A DNA stretch of 64,000 nt from Klebsormidium nitens. Taxonomy: Eukaryota; Plantae; Klebsormidiophyceae. Both the position numbers and the translations under genes were made by a program. The notes beneath the pieces were generated by a model. That model did no database searches. It saw only the letters and a program-made list of their open reading frames with translations, and had not been told where the DNA came from. Below, one piece after another: positions 37,101 through 50,032 of the stretch (position 1 is its first letter; each line of letters opens with the position of its first letter). The DNA is taken from NCBI GenBank assembly GCA_000708835.1, contig DF236982.1, positions 1 to 64,000 on the forward strand, written 5' to 3'.

Positions 37101-37493
37101 CCGTACGCGCACGCTCATTTAGCACTAAAATAATTATTTTCAGGCCGGTGCGAAAAAAAATATTAATTCTGCAAGAGGTGATGCGAAAATGCGAAAACTG
37201 CTTAAAATTCAGGGCAATAAGATCGCTGCCGATCACATGCCAAAAACGCCTGAGAAAACCGGTCCAGTAGACTTCTTTGGGCTGGCCCAGTGCTCTAGAA
37301 GTCGGTGGGACCGTACCGGCCGCACGGCAAGGTGCAAAATTCTCAAATTGCAGTACGTTTTAACATATAAGGGGTCGCCTCTGCGAAAATACGAAATGTT
37401 CAAAATATTCGGCTAGTACCCGGTGCGAAAACACAAAACGAACGAAATTAAATATTTCGCGGAGGCAGGTGCTAAATGAGCGTGCGCGTACGG
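37101..37493. mobile_element. MITE (393 bp) with perfect 25-bp TIRs and TA target-site duplication
   Basis: CCGTACGCGCACGCTCATTTAGCAC (37101-37125) and its exact reverse complement (37469-37493), flanked by TA at 37099-37100 and 37494-37495. AT-rich interior with repeated ccggtgcgaaaa; no ORF. Confidence 0.85.
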
Positions 37494-39313
37494 TAGTCTT
37501 TAAGATCAAAAAGCAACCCTCCTTTTGAATGCCTCAAGGCCATTAAATACCTAGTATGTGCTTCTTTGAGACAGAGCAGAGTCTCGAATCCACATCTCCA
37601 TACGGTATAGCTGCATGGGACCAGGTGGGTTCCGGAATTTGAAACACCAGGTTTACGGCGTGGTTTAACGATACCATTCGACGAGACGAATGCAATGTGT
37701 CTCGTAAAAGATTGTGAAGCTGCGCAGAGTCGAAGGTAAAGTTAACCAGAAACGGCCCTTCCTTCGCGCCACTCCTTTCAAAATAACCTCGCCCCAAGTC
37801 GGAGTGAAATTGAAGTTAGCAAGTCTGCCCGAGGGAAAAGCGGGCCATCCGACGGCTCCTAAGTGTGGAGGGCTTACCAACCGACGGTGGTGAAAGATCA
37901 TCAGACAGAGAGGTTTCGAACTCTCTGAAGCGACCACGGAACCCGAGATCCCTTCCTTTTGGTCGCTCCAAAGAGACTCTCCGCTCGAAGTCGCGTGTTC
38001 CGATTCGAGCCTGGCTACAGAACTTTTCTGGCACCAGGGCAGGTGCCATGCATGGCGCCCCAAGACACGAGTCGGACGTTGCATTGCGCTAATATGAGCC
38101 CTGGCTGGGGGCTGCTGGATGGCAAGCCCAGCCGTAGGTCGTAGCCCTGGGTAGGTTGTTCCTGGAATTCCTCCTGGCTGGGAAGCACAAGGGAAGAGGA
38201 GAGCTGCGGAATGCAAGAGGCAAGGCGCCATATTCCAACTTCTAAGTTGCTGTCACCTTCTTTGTCAAAGAAGCAGGCGACATCTGCCTGGCAATGACTC
38301 CTATTGTGAAGGCTTTCTACCTAAATCTGTGTCTGGTAAACCAACGTGTTGCACATTTCAAGACACTGCTTAGGCATGCTTGGACCTTTGAACATCTGGT
38401 AAGGCGACAGACTAGGTGAAGGGTGATTTGAAAGATAAATGTTTGCTCTGGGTTCCATACCTACTGGTTGACTGAGGTGGAAGGCATCCCCTTCTTGTTC
38501 AAGGAGCTTTCCTGATACAGACAGTGTTTCTCGTTGTGGCGCTGCTACTCACTACAATTTGACTGCCGGAATACTTCCACAAGTCTTTTTAGTTGTTTGG
38601 CCACAATCTCAGCAGCAGCACACGAAGGTTACCCCACCTGACTGTCAGCAGATGGTCGCCACTACTTATCATACCCTTTTGAGTTCACTTGCGGTGTCGA
38701 TAGTTGTTAGTCTGCTGGGCCTTTCACACTGTCTGCTGCAAGTGTGCTTACTGTTTGCTTGTCAAACCCTAAGCCTAACATGCATGTTGATCTCAGGAGA
38801 CTCCTTAGAGTCAGACAAAACCTCATCAACCACAACGTTTGACAAGCATGCAACTCGTTTGTTCACTGGATATACTCAAAAGGGTTAGTAAAGAACAAAG
38901 CCAGTCTACTTTTTGCTTTAGCTCGTTGGGATCGATGCCATCGAGTCGATAATACTGAGACCATTTGCATTCTGACATACATGTTATGAAACTTGATATA
39001 TCAACTGGCCAATCAGGTGAAGCAGCAACCTCGTCAGTCCCTAAAGGCGTTCCGGCGGTCGCTTACAAGGAAGCAACATTGCGGTTTCTGTTCATAAACC
39101 TGTTCAAGCTCAACCTCCTGATATGGTTGGCCGAAAGTCCGTGAAACCATTTTGTTCAAAGTGCTGTTTAGCGCCAGCTGCTCACGTTTGAAATCGTTTA
39201 CCTTTGCAGGTTTTTGTACGCACGCCAAGTGTCCTGAGTGTTGTCCCACAGTCTCCCTTTGCCTTCTGTCCCCCCGTCCCTATCCTCCATGACTCGGCCT
39301 TGAGTTGCTTGCC

Positions 39314-42300
39314 ATGGATCCGGACGAATTCTTAACGGGGGGGTCATACGCACCCATGCCGGGGGGGCCTGGAAACGAGATGCACCCCCCCGGGAAGGGC
39401 CGCGCCCGTATTGGGGGGGAAGAAGCCCAGCCGCTCGTGGGGGGGGAGCCGGAGAACATTTTGGGGGGGGAGAGCTTCAAGTGGGACCTTATCAGCGACT
39501 TGGACCACTTCTTTGCGAGGCTCTATCACTACTATTGCAACAAGGGCTTCTGGTGCATTGTCACGCAGTGGGTGGTGGAACTGTTAACCCTCGGGTTTAC
39601 GATTGTGTTCTCGGGGTTCCTGATCCTCTTCGTCAACTGGCCGTGGCTGCTGCAGGTGAGCGCTTGTTATCATTTTCGGGTTATGTATACTCGTCGCATA
39701 TTTCGGAACTCGTATGAGCTTTTATCTTGCCTGTCGATGAGACTTTCCCCATGTATTCTGGTCACTTCAGTCGTAATCATACCATCCAGGACTGAAATGT
39801 TGCAATGTAAATCGGTGTGGCCGTCTAACCGACCTCTGAAAGGTCTGGGGTGGGCCCAACATCGACCGCCACTCCACAATTGACCCGTGCAAGAAGCACC
39901 GCACTGGTTTGTTCAGATTCTTCCGACTTGCCTTGCACACATTATGCCCAGATATGTGCTCTATCAGTCCCGTGATGTTCTGTCTTAACTTAGTCAGTCA
40001 GGTAACAATCCCCTTTGGGGTCCGCTTGACACGCTTGGAGCAGGTTGCTTGAGGGCAGCGACCTTGTTCAGTGCTTGCGGCAGCCCTCCAGGAAGTCTTT
40101 CACGATTTCCACAAGCACTCATTGGTCCCACTCAGAAGGTCGTGAAAGGGTGAGTGATTGATAGTCTGCCACGTGGGGGGGCTGACGACGCAACGTGTGA
40201 AACGGGTGAAACAGATGCGGATTAAGGGGGCTCAACCTGAAGTTAGTTCGCAAGTGTCCCCGGATCTGAACCTTCCTGTTTCAGCAGAGGTGGCCCATTC
40301 GACAGCCAAGATTGCAATCACTGCACGTCGAGCGCGCAACTCAGGCCGCAAAGGCAGGCACAGGCTTTTGCTGTCAACATCTTACAAAACGCTTTGCTCC
40401 GGCGAACTTTTATGACAGCAATGGTTCAATCAAAACGAAAATCTTTCGTATGATGGTAAGAGATCCATGCTTACTAACCACGCTTCCGAACCCGCTTCCT
40501 GATCTGCGCAGCCAGGATCGGGATCCAGGCCGCGGAGGAGGGGCACGAGCCGTGCGACCTGGTGCGCGAAAGCCAGGCGCATCTTAAGCAGTCAACTCCC
40601 CTACGATCTCTTTGACAGCATGTTATCATTGAAATCAACTCTTGAGATCCGGGGTTCTTAACCCGCTTCCTGACCCGCGCAGGCCAAGTGCGGGATCCAG
40701 GCCGCAGAGGCGGGACACGAGCCGTGCGACCTGGTGCGCGAGGGCCTGGTTCGCCACCCGCTCGTCCCGATGACGTTTCTGAAGGCGATGGCCGTCGTGT
40801 ACCTCGCCATGTTCTCGGCCTTCTGGGCCTTCTGCTTCGCGCGCTTCTTCCTGCAGCTCAGGGAGCTGCTCGAAGTGCGCGACTTTTGCCACGCCAGGTG
40901 GGTCAGCTTTGCTTCTTCCAATATCTTCGGTTCGTCGTTCTCTTATCATCACGCACTTTCCTAGTCTCTCTCTCTTTGACATGTAAGGAGAAGTGACTCC
41001 GACGTTGGCTAGCTAGCTGCTCAAGGTGCGCGAGGGGGTCAGCTTCTGTTGTTTTGGTCGATTTTTCTGTCTCTTCGTTGGTTCATTTGTTCCTTGTCTC
41101 GTAATCGTCAAGCCGGTTCCCTTTCCGGTGCTTCTTTTCTGTGGCTGATTGTGTTGCTCGAGGTGCGGGACTTTGGCGGCGTCACGTTTGTTAGCGATAC
41201 TTGGTGCTTTTCTTTTGTGTATGTCTCCACGTTCAGTCACCGTTTCGGCATCTTGGTGTCAAAAGGGGTTGGCCTAAACCATTAGTCCGATGTTCTCAGT
41301 ATTGGTGGTCGATTGGAGAAATCGAGGGCCTTCCTTATATCAAAACCATGACCCGTCGAGTTCTTGCCTTGCAAGACTCTTGTGGGGTTCGCCTCCGCGC
41401 CATTCCCTCTTATTGTACGAACGAGGGCTCTATAAGGATGCAAAAGAATTGCTTTCGAACCTACGCTTCTTCGTCCATGTGAAGGAGCTGCAGATCGGAC
41501 TGCAATTTGACCTGGTCCGGGGGATAACTTATTGCTCTCGTAAAATCATACGCGTTCTGCCGAGCACGTCGTAGATTGTGCCTCATGGCAGATTGTTCTC
41601 AAAGCCTATACCACATTGTAGTCTCATAGCGTAACCTGCTCTCGTTCTCGTTTTGGCAGGCTGGGCGTGGGTGAGAAGGAGCTGCAGACGATGTCGTCGC
41701 CCGACCTCGTTGATCGCGTCGTCAGCATACTTTTCTGTAGGCCCATAGCTTATACTCTTCTCGTCTTCGTATTGGCAGGCTGGGCGTGGGTAGAAGGAGC
41801 TACAGACGATGTCGTAACTCGACTTGGTTGAATCCATCGCGAACATAGCCTACTGCAATTTGCCCACAGCTTATATCCGTCTCAATTCTTCTTCTCAGGC
41901 TGGGCGTGGGTGAGAAGGAGCTGCAGACGATGTCGTGGCCCGACCTCGTCGACCGCGTCGTGCGCTTCCAGTCCCGGCAGCGCCTGTGCATCGTCAAAGA
42001 GCTTTCGGCGCACGACATCGTGAGCCGCATCATGCGCAAGGAGAACTACACCATCGGCATGCTTAACAAGAACGTCCTCGCGCTCGAGATGCCGCGCTGG
42101 GTCCCCGGGGCGGCCCCCCTTCCGGGTTTCGCGGGCACTCGCAAACCCGGGCGCCGAAAAAACCGGACCAGGCACCTCGTCCTGACCAAGACGCTCGAGT
42201 GGAGCCTCAACTGGTGCATCTTGCACCACATGTTCGACGCCAACTTTGCGATCCGGCGCGACTTTGTCCGCGACCCCGAGCGGCTGAAGCGGCGCCTGCG

Positions 42301-45300
42301 CATGGTCGGGGTCGGGATGGCGCTCGTGTCGCCGTTCCTGGTGGTCTTCATGCTGATGTACTTTTTCATGCGCAACGCGGAGCAGTTTTACCACCAGCCG
42401 GGCACAGTGGGCAGCCGGCGCTGGTCCAACCTCGCCAAGTGGCGCCTCCGCGAGTTCAATGAGGTGAGCGGTTCAGGATATCAAGGTTTTCAGGAGCTCA
42501 AGTTGCAAGTTCTTGGTCCTAGAGGTATAGAATTAAGGGTTTGAGTGAGTCGCTTCAGGAGTTTGGAGCTACCTGAGCTTCTTGAAATGTCAAAAGAAGT
42601 GCGTTTCTTTCACTCTTCCGGATTGCCGTTTCAGGTTGCGGGCAGGGTCACTTTCTGTGTCCCATCCTAAACGACATTAGTTAGGGCCCGACAGAAGATC
42701 GCTCAGTCTGATGTTTTTGCATCTCCTGGACGGGATCGATGGTCGGGGTGTTCTGGCCAGGATACGCGTCGGTTCCTCTTTGCCTCCTCTGCGTGACAAG
42801 AGCGAGAAGCTGCTCACATGCTCTGTTATCTCACCAACATCCGTCAATCAATCCGTCAACCACACTCTTGCTCATTACATCCACCCAAACCTGCTAGGTC
42901 AGACTTTCCAGCTTTTTTAATGAGCAGAATCAAGTGGCGTGGCCTGTAAGACACTGAAATGATAAAGCAAGCCTTCCTTATCCTCCGTCTGCTGTTTGAC
43001 GACTTTTCTTCTGACAAAGATTCCTCGACAACCAGCAACTCACCTCCCGCACGTGGATCATTTATTCCAGTGGCGCTTGAACAGCTGTGCATGTGACAAT
43101 TGGAACCAAGAAGCGATTCTTCTTTTTGAAAAGCGACTTCTCTTCTATTGTTGAAGAGTTTCCTTCTGAGACTTTTTCCGATGATCAGCATCTCTTTCCG
43201 TTCAGCAGTTGAATCAAACCAATCAAGCAGCACTCCATCAGTCGCCGTCTGAGTTTGAAAAGCGATCTTTTTTCTCATGTTGCTGAAAGTTGTTCCTTTT
43301 CCCTCTTCTGAATCCAGCATCTCCCCCTATTTCGCAGTTGGATCACTTATTCCAGCGACGCCTGAACGCCAGCTACCAGCACGCGGTCGCCTACGTCAAA
43401 CAGTTCCCCTCCCCCATCGTGTCCATGGTCGCAAAGTTCGTCTCCTTTGTCACCGGCGCCTGCGCAGCCGTGCTTCTCGGCGTAGCCCTACTCGACGAGT
43501 CGCTGCTCGAAGCCCAAGTAAGTCATCTGGAATGAGCTTATGGATGCTCGGCTATTTTGGCTATGTTTGGATGTTATTCTGGTTTTTGAAAATACAAGGA
43601 ATCTGTGGACTTCGTCACCAGCGCCCGCGCAGCCGTGCTTCTCGGCGTAGCCCTACTCGACGAGTCACTACTCGAGGCCCAAGTAAGTGATCTTGAACGC
43701 CCTTACATTTGCCCTTAATTGCTGTTGCTACAGACGTGCTTGATTGATATTCTTCGATTTGATATCCTTTGACACTGGCGCATTCGGCGCATTCGTTCTC
43801 GGCGTGGCCCTCTTTGACGCTGCTCGAGGCCCAAGTAAGTATTACGGTCGAACTGTAGGGATAAGGTGCTTCAGCAACAATCAGCTCCCAACCACCGTAA
43901 ACCAAGAAATTGACCCACTTCGCACCTTTACCCACCCTGAATTTCCAAACCTAATCCCAGACGTCTCAGAATACTCAGCTTACTATTCCTGCCGCTTACT
44001 GCTTTTGAAGTCGGACTCACGAAGTAGGTGATTGCGGAGAGTTCACGAATGCATCAAGTGCTGGCGCTACAGTTTCAGGTCTTTTTAGTTCGGTTCCCAA
44101 TTCGAGAATTGTGCGGGATCTGTTGGGTTCCTCTTCAATTGGGTACCGCTCCAATCCTCTTGCCTGGTCCGCAGCGATAGCGATTTTGGCTTTGAACTGC
44201 TCGCTCAACACGAAGAAGATCCTGTCTTCAACCCCGTAGCCATCAGCATTATCAAGTACTAACATCTATCTACCTTCGTCGTCCGCAGCTATTCGAACGG
44301 AACCTATTTTGGTATGCCGCCATTTTCGGCACGATCCTAGCGGTCAGCCGTTCGCTCATCACGGAAGAGTTCACGGTCTTCGACCCCGAGGCCGTTATGC
44401 AGTACACGGCGCGCTACACGCACTACATGCCCAAGCATTGGCGGGGGAAGGCCAACACGGACGCAGTGCGAGGGGAGTTCGAGGCCTTGTTTCAGGTGGG
44501 TTCGTGCTCATCGAAAGTATGGGCTCTGCTTGTTTGTGTGATGCCCGTTTCAGCGCAGGATCAGGTGTTTTTTCGAAAGGCAAGAACGGAAGCGTCCTGA
44601 CAAAGGTTTGAGATAGAAAGGTCTGCATGAAAAGTCTAATGAGAGCATTGGAGCCGAATTGATTTTAGCGTAAAAACTGCAAGGATTGAGCATCGGGAGA
44701 TGGAAAAGTCGGGCAGTCCGAGGCAGGTCAGATTTAGGGTTCATGTCTGGTACGGGTGGTCTTAACATGGTGAATCTGCTTCATCATGCAGTTCAAGTTC
44801 GTGCTCTTCTTCGAGGAGATGGCCTCAATCTTCATCACGCCGTTCCTGCTCTGGTTCTACGTACCCAAGGTGAGAAGCTACGGCTATGCAGTCTGGACTG
44901 CCTGCGTTTCTGTTCCAAGTTACATATGCCCGACGAAGGGGAGACTGATGTACATTCTGGAGTACTTGCAAGGGTCGAGGGCGAAGCGTTCACAATTGGC
45001 CGAAGCTCAATGGACTCTAGCCCATTGGAGTGTAGATTGTATGGACCAAGAAAGTTGTTATAGATCAGCCCTTTCATCGAAACGAGTGTTTTGCAGTTAA
45101 GAGCGGGCATCGGGTCACGTTTCTGCATTTTCTGCGGTCAATGTGTCAGTCCCAAAAGTAGGTTGAAGTTGACAAGTTTGGAGCTTCAGTCAGGCCGTAG
45201 TTAGCGACGACATCCGGTTTGAATTAAGCAATCGTTGACTAGCATCCGTCCGGATTACCCGTTCCGAATTGCCTTGCTTGCGGAAGACTTTCGTTCTATG

Positions 45301-48300
45301 AGCCCAATCCACAACCAGAGTGACTCGTATTTTTAGAACGTTCGTGCCTACTCTTACAGCCAGACTGGACCTTTTCATTATTTTCACAACCAGGGTTATT
45401 CGTACTCTGATCATTCGTTCTGGTGGCTCGTGCAGTGCGTGGATAGCATTCTCCGCTTCGTCGAAGACTTCACGACGCAGGTCGATGGCGTTGGGGACGT
45501 CTGCAGGTCAGTGGCCGACGCGCGCAACTTTTGTTTGTCACTTTTCCCCTCTCCTCCCTCGAATTCGGAATGGTGGGTTCAATGGAAGTCCTTTACGTCT
45601 CCTACGGTGCTTAAAGCTCTGAGAGCATACAACATTTATGGGGTCAAGCTTCTTGATGTTTAGTCACCGCTCAGATGACTTCTCACTCACTTTCCCTACT
45701 CCTCCGTCGGTTCAGAAGTGGTTGATATCAAGGACACTATCACGTCACCTAGCACTTCTTAACGCCTCACAGCCTACAACGTCGATGGATAACGTCGATG
45801 GATATCCTGACCTTATATTCAGTTCCCGCTCAAGCATCTCTGTGTTCGGAGTCCCAACCCTTTTCTTTGCGTCATGTGGACAAAGGAAGGCTCGTTTCTC
45901 CAAGACCATCACGTCAGCACGGCTTTACCCTGTGAAGCGTGCAACACCGGTTGGGTACCCTGAGATCAAACTGGCAAGCTGGCGAGGCAGACCAATCCAG
46001 CCCTTCTGGTCGATACGCTTCTCTGTACTTGACCCACTTTAAAACGTCCGTGAAGCGGGTCCGCTGAAATCGCTTTAGGGGTGCCCTAAGCACTTTTTCG
46101 GTTGCTGAAACTGCGCAGAGACTGCCTTCCATACTGGTAAAGTCGGCGCTAAGAGTTAATTCTCACCTCGAGCCTGACGTAAACCACAGTCCTTTCATGT
46201 TCAGCTAGCGGTTCAGATTCTAGGATTTGCAGCACATGCGGCACAGCACACACTGCAGAAATACTTTGTTATGATAGAAATCGACATCGATTTTTCGCTG
46301 TTCTGTTTGCAGTCTGAGCGCTTTCGACTTTGCGCACCACGGCAACAGCAAGTACGGCTCCCCCTGCGACGCCGTCAAGGACCAGCGCAGTACTCAGGGC
46401 AAGATGGAGAAGTCGTTCCTCAGGTGGGTTTGCCTCCCAACCCGGTCTGGTTAGGTGGGTTTGCCTCAAACCCGCTCTGCTTAGGCATCAGGCTATCTGA
46501 GCTCGAGGATAGCACAGCAATGAAGTGGAAGAAAATAAATACGTTTTAAAAACAGGTGAATAGAGAAAACTCGAAGACTGGGTCTGCACTCACGATTTCA
46601 TCTTTCGCCGTAACCACAGGGTTCTTGAGTTTTCCGGGTTAGTGTACCTAGTGAATGGACGTCAGGTCCTGCGAAGCCAAGGCAGAAGACTGTTGAAAGG
46701 GGTTTGGGCGTACTCTTTGTGTGCGAATTTGCATTGCTCCTCCACTGTCTGAGATGCGTCCATATATCCCTCCACTGGTGTTTGGGAGGAGGGGTTCCTG
46801 TGAATTGGTTTGAAGCGAAGCACGAAGCGCAGAATGGCGAAGATGCGCCCAACACGAGTCTCTGCGTTCAGCTAACCAGTACTACGAGAGAGGTTTCCGT
46901 CTTCTTGCGGCCCAGGAGCTTAGAATTGTTTATATCGAAGAATCGAAAAGCAGCAGACGCTTATCTCCTGGTCCGCCCCCCTCCCGCAGTTTCGTGAGTA
47001 ACTACCCCACGTGGGAGCCCCCCCCCAACGGCCAGAAGATGCTCGGCATGCTCTCCACGTTCCGCACCCGCAACGAGGCCGCCAGCTCAGCGTTCCCGCT
47101 GACGTCATCCGTGCTCCGCAACTCGGCGCCGTACTACCCCCCCCGAGCGGCGATGAGTCATCACTTCAGTGGGTCGTACCGGAAGGTGGCTTCGCGGCAC
47201 GGCGCGGACGGGGCTGGCGGAGGGTTTGGACACCGCTTGCCGATGCCCTCTGGTGAGTAGCGGCTTCTTCTTCTTCTTGTTCGTCTGCATATGATTGCAT
47301 TGGAAAATCAGAATTTTTCCAAAAGAAAGACAATACTTGCTTTGGTGCAATTGCTTACCATTCGTTGCCAACCCCCTCGTGCTTCTGAGGAACTCTATAA
47401 TGAAGGGCATCCAACCTTCTCACATACCCGCACTTCTATTCCCACTGGCACCACGCTGGTGCGGATATTTATGTTCGAAAATTCTTTGGTTTCGCACCGA
47501 CTTTCGACCCATATTTTTGAAACGACCTTTCGTCCATTTTTCCAACTAAAAACAGCCACAAATGCGGCTTATCTAACTGATCTTTCATATCAAATTTTCT
47601 GCACCTCGGTTTGAAGTTTGTAATGTTTCTCTCGCAGTGGCTTCAACATATTCATCTTATTGCGATTGGGTATGGCAGTGCGGTCTCCATATTTCTTGTT
47701 TTGCAGTCCAAAGCTTTTATCGGATCTGAAGCTAGCCTCGTTCTTATGTACCGCAAAGGAGAATTTTGTTTGCAGTCCGTGAGCCAGCTGCTATTGAACA
47801 GCTATGCATGTTCCTGTTAAGCAAACAAAAGCGTGTGCTTTTGATCACGATCAACCTGTTCTTTCCTGTCTTCTATTGTACCAATACCCCGATTCCTCAT
47901 GTCGGCAACCCTGCTAGAGCAAGGACATCCTCCGAACATGGATTCCCGGCAACTTTACACACGAACGCTCTAATGCGAAGAATCAGGTAGCAACTGTCTC
48001 AATAGCCACCCGAGGCAGCCTCCTTGAACGCTTAGCGGGCAGTCGCGTAATCGGAAGAAATCGTCACAGGGGAACGGCCCAAGCCCCAAGGACCAAGCTG
48101 GTGCCTCATCAAACCTCAGTCACTTGACCTACATTCCTGCTTAACCACTTCAATATCAGACGGGTTCAACGTTGATTTCACCTACTAACCTGCTTACCTG
48201 ATCGAGAAGAGATTAAACCAAAAATCCGCAGGCGGCGACCACCCTGACCCCGCCATCGACAGCCACCTGGCGGCGTCCGGCGCTCTCGCGACCATGGGCG

Positions 48301-50032
48301 CAAACCCCGAGGAGGCCACGCAATTGTACTGGCTGGACCGGTACTACGAGGCCGCCCGCGCCACAGGCTCCGGGATCGAGCTCGACCCGCTGTCCAAAAA
48401 CGGCGGCGGCGAGACGGAAGTTTCGGACGGCGGTGCACATCTGCGTCCGGCACATTCTGGGGATGACGTCACCCGTGACGGGCGGTTCGAGGGGGCCGAC
48501 CGGCCGATGGAGACGCGGGTGATGATCTCGGACGGGCGGGGCGGGGGCTTGGCCGGCGCGGCGAGGGCTTTGGACGGCCAAAATGTACGTTCGGACGGCC
48601 GGGGAACGGGCTCGGACGGTCGAATCCTGGGCTCGGACGGACGACTGCTGGGTTCGGACAGACGGACTGCAGGCTCCGACAACCGGGTTTTGGGTCCCGA
48701 CGCCCGTAGCTTTGCAGCGGACGGCCGGGCGTTGGGTTTAGACGCTCGGACGCGGCGCGGGCCGATGTCCGAGAGCGAAATGGACCGGGTTCTCGTGGAC
48801 CAGGCGCTGCAGAGGAACGCAGTCCGGGGGAGGGGCGTCGACTTTGGGGTGGCGAGCGTGATGGAGGAGCCGGAGGAGGAGGAGGACGTGAGTGCTCACG
48901 TCAGCGCCTGCTGACGTCATCTGCCTCTGGTGGATCTTTTGCAGTGCCGCTCAGGGTGCTGTTCTGTAGACGACTACGTTTCTGTTTGGTTAGCCTTCCA
49001 AAGTTGGGCTTTTCAGAATCCTGCGACAAGGGGCTTTTCAGCATGGATCTGTATAGTCTCGCCACAGCTTTTCGAGCAAGCCGCAGTGATTATCTCCTTG
49101 GCTTGCTGATACTAGTGTCGGTCAACAATAGAAGTCCTACGGACTACTACTGCAGGCGGTATCAGAAACCCGTTGACCTCTTCCGTCGGAGTCGGCTTGA
49201 AAGAGTCGGTTCAAAAGCTACTCCGCAAACCTCCTCGGACACAGTGCACATGCGAGACCGTTGAAGCGCAACCACGAGTGGAAACAGCTAGTGTAAATAG
49301 GCGGGGGAAGGGAACCTGCACCGCTTGTAGCCCCCGATCCGTTCTTTCACTCCATACCGGACTTTTTTGCAGCCAAAAGAGCGGCAACTTTCGACACTTC
49401 AATAGGTTGCTGATCTCGCTTTTCTACTTCCCGCTGTGCAGGACTTTTCGCAGCCGGATCTGCTCCAACCGCACCCCTTCGGGCTCAACGCTAGCTCCGC
49501 CCATAACGACCCGTGGCCGAGTTTCGGTTCCATGCAGCGCGAGGGCGCCGGCCGGGCCGACCCGACGGGCGTCACCTCTATACGTTTCGGAAGTGGGCAC
49601 GCCTCAGGCAGGCCCGGCGGAAGCTCTAGAGGTCCCTGGGGCCTCGTCAGCGGGCAGGAGTCCGGTTTCGGGCTGGAGGAAGAAGCGGCCCCTCCAGCAA
49701 CAGGGCCTTTTGCGCGGTTGCATGATGACTTCGGGGCGTCGAGCGTCTTTTCGGAGAGGCGGCCGCGCGGTCGGTCGTGGGCAGGGAGCGGGAGCCTTAG
49801 AGGGTCGGGCTCGCAGGGCGGGTTTGGCAGGACGCGCGAACGGTCTAGAGGTTCCTGGGACGGGGAAGCGGAAGAGTCATTTGCGGAGAAAGGAGTCGGT
49901 GTAAACAACGAGCAAAGCGATTCCCAGGGGCAAAGTGGGCTGTGGCATGATGGGGAGGAAACGACCGGGGTGTGGGGAGAGGGCCAATCGGGAGAAGGCG
50001 AAGGGCGTCCGGTAAGGAGGAGCTTCAGCTGA
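39314..50032 (+). CDS. ATG9: Autophagy-related protein 9 (lipid scramblase), 11 exons
   Basis: Exons 39314-39655, 40683-40897, 41899-42463, 43338-43517, 44289-44495, 44792-44869, 45436-45506, 46313-46423, 46990-47252, 48232-48887 and 49442-50032. Motifs WDLISDLDHFFARLYHYYCNKGFWCI, HDIVSRIMRKENY, LTKTLEWSLNWCIL, WRLREFNELDHLFQRRL, YTHYMPKHW, DGVGDVCSLSAFDF, QGKMEKSFLSF. Confidence 0.95.
48591..48758 (+). repeat. Coding 21-bp x8 repeat (heptad SDGRxxG) in the ATG9 C-terminal tail
   Basis: SDGRGTG SDGRILG SDGRLLG SDRRTAG SDNRVLG PDARSFA ADGRALG LDARTRR. Confidence 0.85.

Noticed and set aside
37665-38231. 188-aa minus-strand ORF between PCH2 and ATG9
   Set aside because: No codon bias, motifs or convincing splice structure.
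41882-42394. 170-aa minus-strand ORF and similar ORFs over ATG9 (49173-49904, 49399-49908)
   Set aside because: Shadow or alternative frames of GC-rich ATG9 exons.
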